From the IMG/VR virus record IMGVR_UViG_3300032030_000024, positions 1-64,000 of that record: DNA of 64,000 bases; one strand, written 5' to 3'. This DNA is from a virus (lineage: Duplodnaviria; Caudoviricetes). The notes below the pieces were generated by a model. That model made no database searches and had not been told where the DNA came from. It saw only the letters and a program-made list of their open reading frames with translations. Below are positions 37,103 to 45,903 of the stretch, one piece after another (the first letter of the stretch is position 1; each line of letters opens with the position of its first letter). Both the position numbers and the translations under genes were made by a program.

Positions 37103-37705
37103 TTAACCTCCTATTTTTTTGATTATTCGTTTTATTCTTTCCTTAAATGCCTTGTCATCGCGATTCACCCTTGCCTCGGCATAGTCTATCTTCTGACCTT
37201 TGTGGTCAACGCGATAGACGTGCTTTTCCATATCTCGGTTCACCTGCGAGCGGATGGACTCAAACTGCGTCGGGTTGTCCCGAAAACGCTCCGCCACCTT
37301 CTTTCCTTTCGGTGTGTTTCTAATGTCACCCCATTTTCTGTCAAGTGCCTCGGCTACGTTGCGAAGCTTGGTGCTTCCGTAGTAGTCGTTGATATCATCC
37401 TCACCACCCTTGTTGAACCACCCGTCAGGGTCAAGTCCGAAGAACGGATACCATTTACCGCTTTCCACGCTGTACTTCCTTCCTTGGCCAGTCGAGAGGT
37501 AGAATGGCATATCCACACCATTGATGTTGACGATGACTATCTTTCTGTCAGCGAGGTCTATCATGCCTTGATACACACCATCTATTTTCATCTTGTGAAA
37601 GTGTGTTCCCTCTGGCAGACCATCGGATTTTATCCTGGGTGCAGTGCCCATTGCATTCAATGGGCTGACACTTCCCTCTCGCACTGCTACTACTTCTGCA
37701 CTCAT
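37103..37705 (-). CDS. leader-family protein
   Basis: MSAEVVAVREGSVSPLNAM; globular C-terminus with PFYLSTG..KWYPFFG. Confidence 0.75.
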   Translation of the reverse strand: MSAEVVAVREGSVSPLNAMGTAPRIKSDGLPEGTHFHKMKIDGVYQGMIDLADRKIVIVNINGVDMPFYLSTGQGRKYSVESGKWYPFFGLDPDGWFNKGGEDDINDYYGSTKLRNVAEALDRKWGDIRNTPKGKKVAERFRDNPTQFESIRSQVNRDMEKHVYRVDHKGQKIDYAEARVNRDDKAFKERIKRIIKKIGG

Positions 37706-37708
37706 AGC

Positions 37709-38338
37709 TTACCCTTTCTTCTTAGTATATTTCCAACCAAGCTCATCAGCCACAAGTTTGTTTATCTTGTGAAAGAATGTCACTGCATAGCGGTTATAGG
37801 CCGTCTGCGAGCCTCGCATGAGGTCGTAGTACGTCTGTCCGTTCACCGTCACCTCGTCAGCCGCCTTTTTGTACGCCCTGCGGACAGCCGCCTGCGTCAC
37901 GCCCCACTTGTCACCGTTCCGCTTGATGGAGAAGGTATAGGTTGGAGTGACGGCACGTATCTCCTTCGCATTGAACTTCACTGCAAGCACGGCATCCTCC
38001 GCAGAGAAGGAGTTGCCGATGCGCATATAGCCGCGTTCCGAGAGCGCCGACGGGTGGTTGTGCGTCATGATGAGGTTCTCGCCCGGCACGTCACTGTCGC
38101 GGAGTGACACGCGGTCGCGCTTCCCCTGCTTGCGGTTGAGCTGGTTGCCTGCATCGTCGTAGAAGGCCATCGCCTCGTTCTCCTCCTGCCGCTGGCGGTT
38201 CTCGTAGGAGAGGATGGCACGTTTCAGCGAAGCGGAATAGCCGTTCTCCGTCACCCCGCCTACCGTCCTCACGTCACCGCGCACGGCGTTGCCAGCGTTT
38301 GCCGTGGAGTGCTCCCTTGCCGATGTTACCTCTTTCAT
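37709..38338 (-). CDS. leader-family protein with JAB/MPN-like domain
   Basis: MKEVTSAREHSTANAGNAV; E..THNHPS..FSAED. Confidence 0.75.
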   Translation of the reverse strand: MKEVTSAREHSTANAGNAVRGDVRTVGGVTENGYSASLKRAILSYENRQRQEENEAMAFYDDAGNQLNRKQGKRDRVSLRDSDVPGENLIMTHNHPSALSERGYMRIGNSFSAEDAVLAVKFNAKEIRAVTPTYTFSIKRNGDKWGVTQAAVRRAYKKAADEVTVNGQTYYDLMRGSQTAYNRYAVTFFHKINKLVADELGWKYTKKKG

Positions 38339-38344
38339 ACCTTA

Positions 38345-38692
38345 TTACCTGCTTACTATTTCATCCCACGCGAGCTTTCGCCACTTGCGGACATTAGCCC
38401 TTGCCGAATCGGAAATACGATAACTCGTGCTGAAATGCTCTGCCACGGCATAGAAATTGCCAAGCTGCCTGTCGGTCATTGCTTCACGCTCCAGATACTT
38501 GAAAGCATCCGCATTATCGGCATTCCTCTTTTCAAGATGCCGCGTTATGGCGTTGTACTCCTTGTCGGGAATCTTGTTCACGTCACGTGGGACACGTATC
38601 TTGCCGATATACCGCGTCCGTGAATTGCTCGGCCTTACCGCGTTTAACGGCTTTGCCGAACTTTCTCTTGCTGTTGTCACCTCCTGTGCCAT
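38345..38692 (-). CDS. leader-family protein
   Basis: MAQEVTTARESSAKPLNAV. Confidence 0.75.
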   Translation of the reverse strand: MAQEVTTARESSAKPLNAVRPSNSRTRYIGKIRVPRDVNKIPDKEYNAITRHLEKRNADNADAFKYLEREAMTDRQLGNFYAVAEHFSTSYRISDSARANVRKWRKLAWDEIVSR

Positions 38693-38703
38693 ACTACCAA
38701 CAT

Positions 38704-38973
38704 TTAAGCTGTCATGTTTATGTATTTCATATTAGCCTCCATTTCCCTGATGCGAAAGTTCAGGTACTCGATGCTTTTCTCAGCTGCATAACGCTCACGG
38801 TTGTCTGAGGCGTATGTGTAGCGGTCTTCCGCTTCTTGCAGCTGCCCACGGTACTTGTCACGCAGCTGCGCATACTCACGGTACGCTCTCTGCCTGCGGG
38901 CTTTGTCACCGTCCGATACTGCGTTGAGCGTCTTCGCCCTTGCTTCCCTTGCAATATATGCCTCTGCTGCCAT
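38704..38973 (-). CDS. leader-family protein
   Basis: MAAEAYIAREARAKTLNAV. Confidence 0.75.
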   Translation of the reverse strand: MAAEAYIAREARAKTLNAVSDGDKARRQRAYREYAQLRDKYRGQLQEAEDRYTYASDNRERYAAEKSIEYLNFRIREMEANMKYINMTA

Positions 38974-38979
38974 AGCCCT

Positions 38980-39408
38980 TTACTTTTTGGTCTTTTTTCG
39001 GATTATCAGCCGATGCTCGTTCTTCCACGGGTCTGTCGAGCGCAGCTCTAAGATTCCATCGGTGCGGTCAGCTGCTTTCCAGTTGGTCTCTCCCAAGCCA
39101 GAACGGTTAAGAGCCTCTGCCACCTTTTTTGCACCACCGCCAACGGAATTTCCTACGACATAGTCAAACGCTCGTCTCTGGTCTTCCGTTCCAATATTCT
39201 TCAAGAACGGATATTTTTCACGCCTCAGTTTCTCGGTTAGGGCAAACGTGTGATTAGTGACGGCCATAGGAGTGCCATCTTTCCCCACTACCGTTGCCCT
39301 GTAGTTGCTTCTGAAATCACTTATGACTCTATCGGCTCTCCCAGGAGACCCTGTTGCGTTGAGCGGCCTTGCCTTGCTCTCACGCGCTATCGATACCTCT
39401 GCTGCCAT
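38980..39408 (-). CDS. leader-family protein
   Basis: MAAEVSIARESKARPLNAT. Confidence 0.75.
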   Translation of the reverse strand: MAAEVSIARESKARPLNATGSPGRADRVISDFRSNYRATVVGKDGTPMAVTNHTFALTEKLRREKYPFLKNIGTEDQRRAFDYVVGNSVGGGAKKVAEALNRSGLGETNWKAADRTDGILELRSTDPWKNEHRLIIRKKTKK

Positions 39409-39412
39409 AACA

Positions 39413-39724
39413 CTATACTATTATGCCGTTACTACGCCATATCTTCTTCTGAAGATCATCTATTTCCGCTTGTACCCTTGCTCTTTGCGGAGGAGGGTAG
39501 CTTGATACGCTTCTTCTCAGTGCGTCAAGACGCTGCTGCATCTGCCGCTGGGAAGAAGTCTGCGGCATGGTCAGCGCATCGAAATAGTCCTGCCTGCCAC
39601 CGTTCTTGTTCTGTGACGGGTAGGTTGCACGCCCAAGGCTTCTGTCTGTGCGCCTGCTGACGGCATTTGCTGCCCGCAGTCCCATCACTTTTGTTTACCT
39701 TGCAATTGTTGCTTCTTTAGCCAT
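39413..39724 (-). pseudogene. leader-family gene with nonsense codon in the leader
   Basis: MAKEATIAR*TKVMGLRAANAV; TAA at 39695-39697 where paralogs have Glu. Confidence 0.7.
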
Positions 39725-39729
39725 AGTAC

Positions 39730-39993
39730 TTAGTTTTTAATAACCAGTTTATAACCGTGCGGAAGGTCATAGTTCCCGTCCGCATTGTTCCACTTAGTAG
39801 GCTCATCGCGGTATGCTGAGTAGTCCCACAGACCGCTCTCCACGACCTTGCCCTTCTCGTTGTAGACCTTGACGTAGGAATCATCGTAGAATCCCCTGTC
39901 ACTCTTCGGCACTTTTGATGATCGCCGTGCCGTTCCCGTTGCGTTAAGGGGTCTGGCACCACCCTCTCTTGCTACTGTTGTCTCTTTTGCCAT
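39730..39993 (-). CDS. leader-family protein
   Basis: MAKETTVAREGGARPLNAT. Confidence 0.75.
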   Translation of the reverse strand: MAKETTVAREGGARPLNATGTARRSSKVPKSDRGFYDDSYVKVYNEKGKVVESGLWDYSAYRDEPTKWNNADGNYDLPHGYKLVIKN

Positions 39994-40017
39994 AGAAAAT
40001 ATTTTTAAAGTTCTTTA

Positions 40018-40512
40018 CTACGCATCCGCAAAAACACGTCCGTCACTGAGCGTTACCTGTAATTTTGTGTACTCGGAATGGAAGTCGTTCTTCAGACGCT
40101 CCAGATACCGCCTGCACTCCAACTTGCACATGTATAGGTTATGGAGAAGGAAATTGCCGCACGTCTCTGGAGTCGTAGCGGGGACTTCCTTCTGCGTGAG
40201 TATCCACTCCATACACTCGATAGTAAGCCGCCTCATATCCTCAACGATGTAGCTGCCCGTCATTATGACGTACATTCCCGTGAGGCATCCCATCGGTCCC
40301 ACATACACCACATCGTCCTTGACCTCGCTGTTGCGGAACCACGTTGCCATCAGATGCTCCATGCTGTGCATCGCTGCTGGCGCAACAGCAGGCTCCATGT
40401 TCGGCTCGGTGATGCGCAGGTCAAAGGTGGTGAAGCCTCTGTCCTGCCGCGACACGTAGATGCCAGGCTTCAGATGCGTGTGGTCGATGGTGAAACTCTG
40501 TATAACTTCCAT
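40018..40512 (-). CDS. luxS: S-ribosylhomocysteine lyase
   Basis: SFTIDH, FDLR..PN, HSMEH, GPMGCLTG, CGN. Confidence 0.93.
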   Translation of the reverse strand: MEVIQSFTIDHTHLKPGIYVSRQDRGFTTFDLRITEPNMEPAVAPAAMHSMEHLMATWFRNSEVKDDVVYVGPMGCLTGMYVIMTGSYIVEDMRRLTIECMEWILTQKEVPATTPETCGNFLLHNLYMCKLECRRYLERLKNDFHSEYTKLQVTLSDGRVFADA

Positions 40513-40527
40513 AATTGTATTTTTTAC

Positions 40528-40761
40528 TTAACGGTTACCAAGCATCCTGTCTACTGCCCTGCGGATGCGAGTGTTGTTACGCTGCTGGTTGGCGGGAACG
40601 TATGGCATATTGCCAGAAATATTGCCGTAATGCCTCTGGAGGTTGTAGGCACGGAGCCTTACCGCCTGCTCTGCGGTACTTAGACCGTTGCGGCGTGCCT
40701 CCTCGCGGTTCATGAATGCCCGTGTGCGGCTGCTCATCGCTACTGTTGCTTCTCTTGCCAT
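40528..40761 (-). CDS. Arg-rich protein with partial leader
   Basis: MAREATVA... Confidence 0.6.
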   Translation of the reverse strand: MAREATVAMSSRTRAFMNREEARRNGLSTAEQAVRLRAYNLQRHYGNISGNMPYVPANQQRNNTRIRRAVDRMLGNR

Positions 40762-40851
40762 AATCTTCAACTTTTATTGTTCAACGTTTTATATTATGCT
40801 AAATCTTACTAAATTTATTGCGTTTTACTTGCATTGTTCAGATATTACGCT

Positions 40852-40966
40852 TATCTTTGCAGTGTCATTGATGCCGATATGACTTTAATACAATCGGACA
40901 AGGCTGTGTTACGCTTCGGGCGGCTCGGACTACCCTCGCCTCGGACTTCGGTTCGGGGCGTTGATA
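40852..40966 (+). ncRNA. candidate pseudoknot sRNA, copy 2, convergent with nuclease gene
   Basis: TATCTTTG, GTCATTGATGCCGATATGAC..ATCGGACA, TTCG-loop terminator. Confidence 0.6.
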
Positions 40967-40968
40967 TT

Positions 40969-41460
40969 TTAGAAAGTCTTCAACTTTAATTCGTCCGTCA
41001 AGAAGTAGTAGCCGTGAATACCTCTTTTTGTAAGCTTTTCCACCTCTGTTTTCATTCTCTCATTCCATTTATCAAACTGAAACACTACTAAGTCTGCGCC
41101 TTGCCTGCCTATGGCATCATCCGCATGACGTTTTATGTTGTTATGGCTACCAAGCCTTTTTAAGTCTGCAAGGACACCATTTATCCTTATATCCGGCGAT
41201 GGTATGCCGGGAATCTCATTCAGATGCTCAACGGTAAAACCTTGTGAAGCGAGGAATTTAGCCATCTGCTGCTCCTTCCTGTACTTATAGTATTCGGTCT
41301 TATTTGTCTGCCCGAAATTATACCTACGTTCATCAGTAAGGAGTTGACCGCCATTTTCGTAATAGACAACAGGTGTATATACGTTTGAGCGATTGGCTAC
41401 ACCCATGACGTTCTGTGGCACCCAATCTTCTTCCTTGTATATATACGTTTCTCTTGCCAT
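40969..41460 (-). CDS. divergent leader-family protein with CdiA-like nuclease domain
   Basis: MARETYIYKEE..PQNV; SPDIRINGVLADLK..RQGADLVVF; paralog of 10962-11522. Confidence 0.7.
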   Translation of the reverse strand: MARETYIYKEEDWVPQNVMGVANRSNVYTPVVYYENGGQLLTDERRYNFGQTNKTEYYKYRKEQQMAKFLASQGFTVEHLNEIPGIPSPDIRINGVLADLKRLGSHNNIKRHADDAIGRQGADLVVFQFDKWNERMKTEVEKLTKRGIHGYYFLTDELKLKTF

Positions 41461-41463
41461 ACG

Positions 41464-42672
41464 TTACTCTTTCTTCTCCTGCTTCTCCTTCTGAGCGTAG
41501 TCGTGGCATACTCTCCGAAGAGATTGTTGGATACAATCGTGACTGCCGCTTTGGATAACCTCTGAGGTCTTACCATCACTCTCCAATTCGTAGATGCCCC
41601 TACGAAGTATGTTGTTAGCCGCCAGCAGGTCGCGGTCGTGAATCGTTCCGCATTCATGGCATACCCATTGCCTGTCCGACAACTTCAACTCTTTGTTTAT
41701 ATATCCGCACTCGCAGGTCTTGGAAGATGGGTAGAAGCGGTCTATCTTGTGAACCACAACACCGTACTTCGTGGCAATGTACTCCAACTTCTGAACGAAA
41801 TCCGCATGGGCGAGGTCGTGCATCTTCCTTCCCCAACGTCTGTTCATCCCTTCAAGGTTCAAGTCCTCGATGAAGATGGTGTCGTACTTTCGGCATAGTT
41901 CGTGGGCGAGTTTCCATTGGAAATCGCTGCGCCTATTGCAGATGTCGTTCATAAGATGGTCTAAATCCTTACGCTTGCGCTCACGGTTGCTGCTGCCCTT
42001 CTTACACTTGCTGAGATTGCGGCTTCTCCTGCGTAACTCGACAAGGCTTCCTTTCAAGAACTGAGGATTGTCGTAGGCCGTGCCGTCCGACAAGGTTAGG
42101 TACTTCTTCAAACCGAAGTCAATGCCAACGGATGCACCTTTGAGTGTCTTTCCGTACTTGCTCGGCTCTGCATCTGTGACAATAAATATATAATATTCTC
42201 CGATACGGCTTCTGTATAAAACTACTCTCTTAATTCTTCCTTCATATTGTCTACTTTTGTAATATTTGAATGACTTTCCTAATTGTACAAACGATATACT
42301 ATTTTCTTTTAAATCACACACATTTACACTCCATTTTCCATGATTACAAACGCCTTTAAAAACAATACTTGAGAAGTCCTTTGCTTTCTTAAATTTTGGA
42401 GGACGACTTGCAATATGGTTAAAAAATCTTTTGCAAGATTCATCAAGACGCTCAAGGATTTCTTGTACAGCCATAGCACTAAGCAGTTTCCTTTTTATTC
42501 TTTTTGCTTGATGCTTCTGCATATCATAGAGCGATATATATTTTCCAAATAACCTATAATATCTTTTATATAATGCCAAAGCATGATTCCATACAAAGCA
42601 AGCCTCGTTCATCATCGCATCAAGATACTTGGTGCGATGTGTCCGATAGAGTTTATACTTGTACGTCATCAT
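41464..42672 (-). CDS. tnpB: IS200/IS605 TnpB RNA-guided nuclease (catalytic residues intact)
   Basis: YKYKLY HTH, GIDFGLK, IFIEDL, PSSKTC, CxxCG.IHDRDLLAANN. Confidence 0.93.
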   Translation of the reverse strand: MMTYKYKLYRTHRTKYLDAMMNEACFVWNHALALYKRYYRLFGKYISLYDMQKHQAKRIKRKLLSAMAVQEILERLDESCKRFFNHIASRPPKFKKAKDFSSIVFKGVCNHGKWSVNVCDLKENSISFVQLGKSFKYYKSRQYEGRIKRVVLYRSRIGEYYIFIVTDAEPSKYGKTLKGASVGIDFGLKKYLTLSDGTAYDNPQFLKGSLVELRRRSRNLSKCKKGSSNRERKRKDLDHLMNDICNRRSDFQWKLAHELCRKYDTIFIEDLNLEGMNRRWGRKMHDLAHADFVQKLEYIATKYGVVVHKIDRFYPSSKTCECGYINKELKLSDRQWVCHECGTIHDRDLLAANNILRRGIYELESDGKTSEVIQSGSHDCIQQSLRRVCHDYAQKEKQEKKE

Positions 42673-42761
42673 ACTGCAAAGATAATATTTATGTGTTTAG
42701 TAAACAAATACTTTAGACATCTTTAGCTTCTTTTTCTGATTCGTTTTTTTTCTTCCAATCG
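41504..42761 (-). mobile_element. tnpB-only element inserted in the 3' end of the PAPS-reductase-like gene
   Basis: right-end hairpin TCTC-TTCG-GAGA then TATGCCA; removal restores an in-frame FEYDYAQKEKQEKKE*; boundaries inferred. Confidence 0.55.
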
Positions 42762-43429
42762 TATTCAAACAACAACCTCTCACAATCCGGGTACTCCGAG
42801 TATATGCGCTGCAAGTCCTTCGGGAACTTCTCACGGATGTACAGCAGGTAGTCGAGGTCGCTGATGTTCTGCCCGTTGCTCTGGCCTTTTGCGCCGTATT
42901 TCTCTGGCGGTATCAGGCCGTTCCTGTCAATGTACTCCAAGATGTCCTTGTTCTTGTAGTGCGAGAGAGGATAGCACTTCTTCGATTTCTCGCAGATGGC
43001 CTCCATCGTGTACGTCCGCAGCATACAGCGGCGGTTTAGACTGTCGCTCTGCTTGAAGCCGTAGAAAGCCCACTCGATTCCGAACTTCTGCCGCAGCATG
43101 TCTGTGAGGCTCGCCATCGTCTGTAGCTTCATCTTCGGATTCTTCTCATGCCCCATGTAGCCGTACTTCACGTATGAGAAAACGGCGAAGTGGGGAATCT
43201 GGTAGAACTCGCAGTTCGCGTACTTCTTGCGGGCGTAGTTGATGTAGCGGCTGATGTGCTCCATGTCCTTCACGATGTACATGAACACACAGACCACCCG
43301 CTTGAACCTCGGTGCGAGTATGTCGAGCAGTGCTATGGAGTCCTTGCCCGACGCGGAATGGAAGAGTATCACCTCCTCCACGCCGCGCTTGGCTATCTCA
43401 TCACAGATTAGAAGTGCCTTGTCTAACAT
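42713..43429 (-). CDS. PAPS reductase family (PP-loop) protein
   Basis: SASGKDS, GFKQSDSLNRR, YPLSHY. Confidence 0.85.
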   Translation of the reverse strand: MLDKALLICDEIAKRGVEEVILFHSASGKDSIALLDILAPRFKRVVCVFMYIVKDMEHISRYINYARKKYANCEFYQIPHFAVFSYVKYGYMGHEKNPKMKLQTMASLTDMLRQKFGIEWAFYGFKQSDSLNRRCMLRTYTMEAICEKSKKCYPLSHYKNKDILEYIDRNGLIPPEKYGAKGQSNGQNISDLDYLLYIREKFPKDLQRIYSEYPDCERLLFEYDWKKKNESEKEAKDV

Positions 43430-43441
43430 GAGTTTTAACTT

Positions 43442-43540
43442 CTATAACTTTGAATGTCCTTCATAGTGAAACCATTCCGTTTCAGCCTCTTGATGGCCTT
43501 TGAGCCTTCGCCTCTTGAAGATTGTTGCTTCGCTTGCCAT
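43442..43540 (-). pseudogene. truncated leader-family remnant
   Basis: MASEATI followed by a short frame, 32 aa in total. Confidence 0.4.
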
Positions 43541-43561
43541 AATTTTATCCTTTCTTTGTTT

Positions 43562-44053
43562 TTATAAACTTCTTGTTTGTTTTCTTGGTTTTCTTAACAT
43601 TTGCGAGGAGAAATCCTTTATATCTTGTGTATAACCACGACCTTCGCCTGTTCTTATTCTAATGGTCTTGTCTGCCATATCACCGTTAACGCTAAACCTA
43701 TATCCTTCTACCACGCCTTTCCTGTAGCCTTTCTGGTTTTTGCTTACCTTAAAATCAACCTCGTCACCGACTTTGAACTTCTTAGCAGCAACTTTAAATG
43801 CTAAAGCCTCTTTTATCTCCTTTTTGATTTCCTTACGGTGGTAATCGGCATTACTTTTTATCTTTTCCGTTCCGCCCTTGAGTATGGCCTTGCCTGCAAA
43901 ATCCTCGTCTGGAGCCTTTAATGCAGCTTTGCTGTCATTAATAAACTTAGATACATCTTGCAGTACCTTATTATTGTTGCTTCTATTGGCATTGCCAACC
44001 GCATTTATAGGATTTATATTTCCCTCACGTGCTGAAAATACCTCACTTGCCAT
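43562..44053 (-). CDS. leader-family protein with SH3/KOW-like C-terminus
   Basis: start placed at MASEVFSAREGNINPINAV; FKVGDEV. Confidence 0.75.
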   Translation of the reverse strand: MASEVFSAREGNINPINAVGNANRSNNNKVLQDVSKFINDSKAALKAPDEDFAGKAILKGGTEKIKSNADYHRKEIKKEIKEALAFKVAAKKFKVGDEVDFKVSKNQKGYRKGVVEGYRFSVNGDMADKTIRIRTGEGRGYTQDIKDFSSQMLRKPRKQTRSL

Positions 44054-44078
44054 AATTCTAAAACTTTTAAATTGTATT

Positions 44079-44486
44079 TTACTTTCTCTTGGCCGCTGCC
44101 GCAAGCCTCTTGAGCCTGCGCACACCCTGATTCAGCTCACGGTTGTAGGCCGCACGTTCAGCCTTTGCCTGTGCAAGGAGGGCGCGGTCTGTCGTGAACG
44201 AAGAGTTGGCATAATTGCCAAGCGGGTACTTCTCACGGAGTTCACTCCGCAAGTTCTGTACCTGCGTCTCATACTCATCATCAATCCTCCTGTCACGCTC
44301 GTCACGCCGCAGGCTTTCATAGATGCGCATGTTCACACCCTGCTCCTCCAGCTCCCGTCTGTAAGAGTCACTGACTGGACGTGTGGTGATACTGCGGAAC
44401 GGGTTAGCCCTCCGCTGTGTGCCACTGCTGACGGCATTTAGCGGGTTTGCACTACTCTCCCGCGCCACGTATGATTCTTGTGCCAT
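44079..44486 (-). CDS. leader-family protein
   Basis: MAQESYVARESSANPLNAV. Confidence 0.75.
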   Translation of the reverse strand: MAQESYVARESSANPLNAVSSGTQRRANPFRSITTRPVSDSYRRELEEQGVNMRIYESLRRDERDRRIDDEYETQVQNLRSELREKYPLGNYANSSFTTDRALLAQAKAERAAYNRELNQGVRRLKRLAAAAKRK

Positions 44487-44559
44487 AATTATTAAATATA
44501 TGAGTTACTTATAAAAAATTGCAAAGAGAGGGGCACCCGTGCCCCTCCCGTATTGCTGC

Positions 44560-44784
44560 TTAACGCCCGAAGGCTTGGCGGGTACGCCGCGCTTGACGTG
44601 CACCAGAGGTGGAGATGACGTTCTGCACTCGGCTTGCTCGGTTGTTGGCGTTGTTGCTGTTACGGCCACGGCCATAACCACCTGCTGTGCCTTGAAACGA
44701 ACCGTCTGCACCGAAACGAGCATAGCCTGCGTAGGTACGTGCTCCAGTGCTCTGATTCACCTGATAGACTTCTCTTGTTGGCAT
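44560..44784 (-). CDS. small basic R/G/N-rich protein
   Basis: low-complexity basic protein followed by a GAGGGGCAC hairpin. Confidence 0.6.
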   Translation of the reverse strand: MPTREVYQVNQSTGARTYAGYARFGADGSFQGTAGGYGRGRNSNNANNRASRVQNVISTSGARQARRTRQAFGR

Positions 44785-44933
44785 AATCCTTAGAAAATTA
44801 CCGATTCAAAAACTCATATATTCTCTTTGTCGTTTGTGCGGAAGGCGAAGGATTCTAACCTCCCGTATAATAAACCTACTTCGTTTCGCAACGGTTCGGT
44901 GTCGTGATATTATGAAAATAATAAAGACTGTTG

Positions 44934-45006
44934 TGGAGCTTGACGGAATCGAACCGACGACCTTCTGCTTGCAAAACAGACGCTCTCCCAACTGAGCTAA
45001 AACCCC
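44934..45006 (-). tRNA. tRNA-Ala(UGC)
   Basis: GGGGTTTTAGCTCAGTTGGGAGAGCG-TCTGT-TTTGCAA-GCAGA-AGGTC-GTCGGTTCGATTCCGTC-AAGCTCCA; G3:U70 pair; CCA not encoded. Confidence 0.92.
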
Positions 45007-45263
45007 GTTACGGCATCCCATCCTTGCCTCTGTACGACTGCCCGATGTGGATGGTAAGGCCGCTTTCGCGTGTCGCTTCCTTTATGCCGTTTGTATTTCA
45101 AAGAACTCTGTTTAAGGGGTACGGGGAGGGTTTGCTTTTACGCCTGCCTTATCTCCCGTTTGCGGTGGCCGGCGAACACCACCTTTCAACCCTTCGCAGT
45201 CCCTATCGTTTAAAGGGTGGGGCTATCGCATCAGCCGTAGCAGCGACTCGCCCCATTGCCCTT

Positions 45264-45806
45264 TTATTTCTCTGTTTTGATGTCCGTGCCAATCACGTCA
45301 CCTATGACGAAGTAGTAGTACAACGGGCGGTTCGGGTCTTTCTTAGCCTCGAAGCTCGCAAGCATCTCGTCGAACTCATGGCAGTCGAAACGCTCCTGAA
45401 GCTGCTCAACGTTCTGTCTCGTAATACCTATGAGCGCGTTCTCGGTGCAGGTCACGTCCAGGAACCAGCTGTTGTTGTAGTTGTGGAAATGGATCTTCTC
45501 CACGGGGCGGGTGGCGCACATGAACTCCTCGAAAGCCTCCATCGCCTCCTCGTCCTTCTCGTGCTTCTGTCGGAAGTCGCTCATCCACTTGTCAACCTTC
45601 TTGTCCGTCAGGCGGTCGAAGTAGTGGTCTGAGAAGGCGCGAATCTCCACCTTCTTCTCACCCTTGACGATGGCTTCGGCAAAGGGCTTGCGCATAATCA
45701 GGTTCAGGCACTTCACTGGTTCTGGCTGGGGAGCCTGATACTTCTCAAAGAACTCGTCCATCGCAGCGAAATACTGCTCGTCGGTCATTTCTGTGTACTT
45801 ACTCAT
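45264..45806 (-). CDS. ASCH-domain protein
   Basis: [21 protein letters not shown]. Confidence 0.8.
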   Translation of the reverse strand: MSKYTEMTDEQYFAAMDEFFEKYQAPQPEPVKCLNLIMRKPFAEAIVKGEKKVEIRAFSDHYFDRLTDKKVDKWMSDFRQKHEKDEEAMEAFEEFMCATRPVEKIHFHNYNNSWFLDVTCTENALIGITRQNVEQLQERFDCHEFDEMLASFEAKKDPNRPLYYYFVIGDVIGTDIKTEK

Positions 45807-45903
45807 ATCTTTAACTTTTTTATTTTACCCGATACGCGGGTTACGTTTGCAAAAATAAAACTTTTCTATTTAATCACCAAACATTTAACGAATATTTTGC
45901 ATA

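Noticed and set aside
39695-39697. Stop-codon recoding as in some Prevotella phages
   Set aside because: Single TAA; all core genes are intact under code 11 and TAG, TAA and TGA all terminate genes
41464-42672. TnpB as effector of the CRISPR arrays, or as an IStron
   Set aside because: It is 35 kb away with its own right end; there is no room or motif for a group I intron
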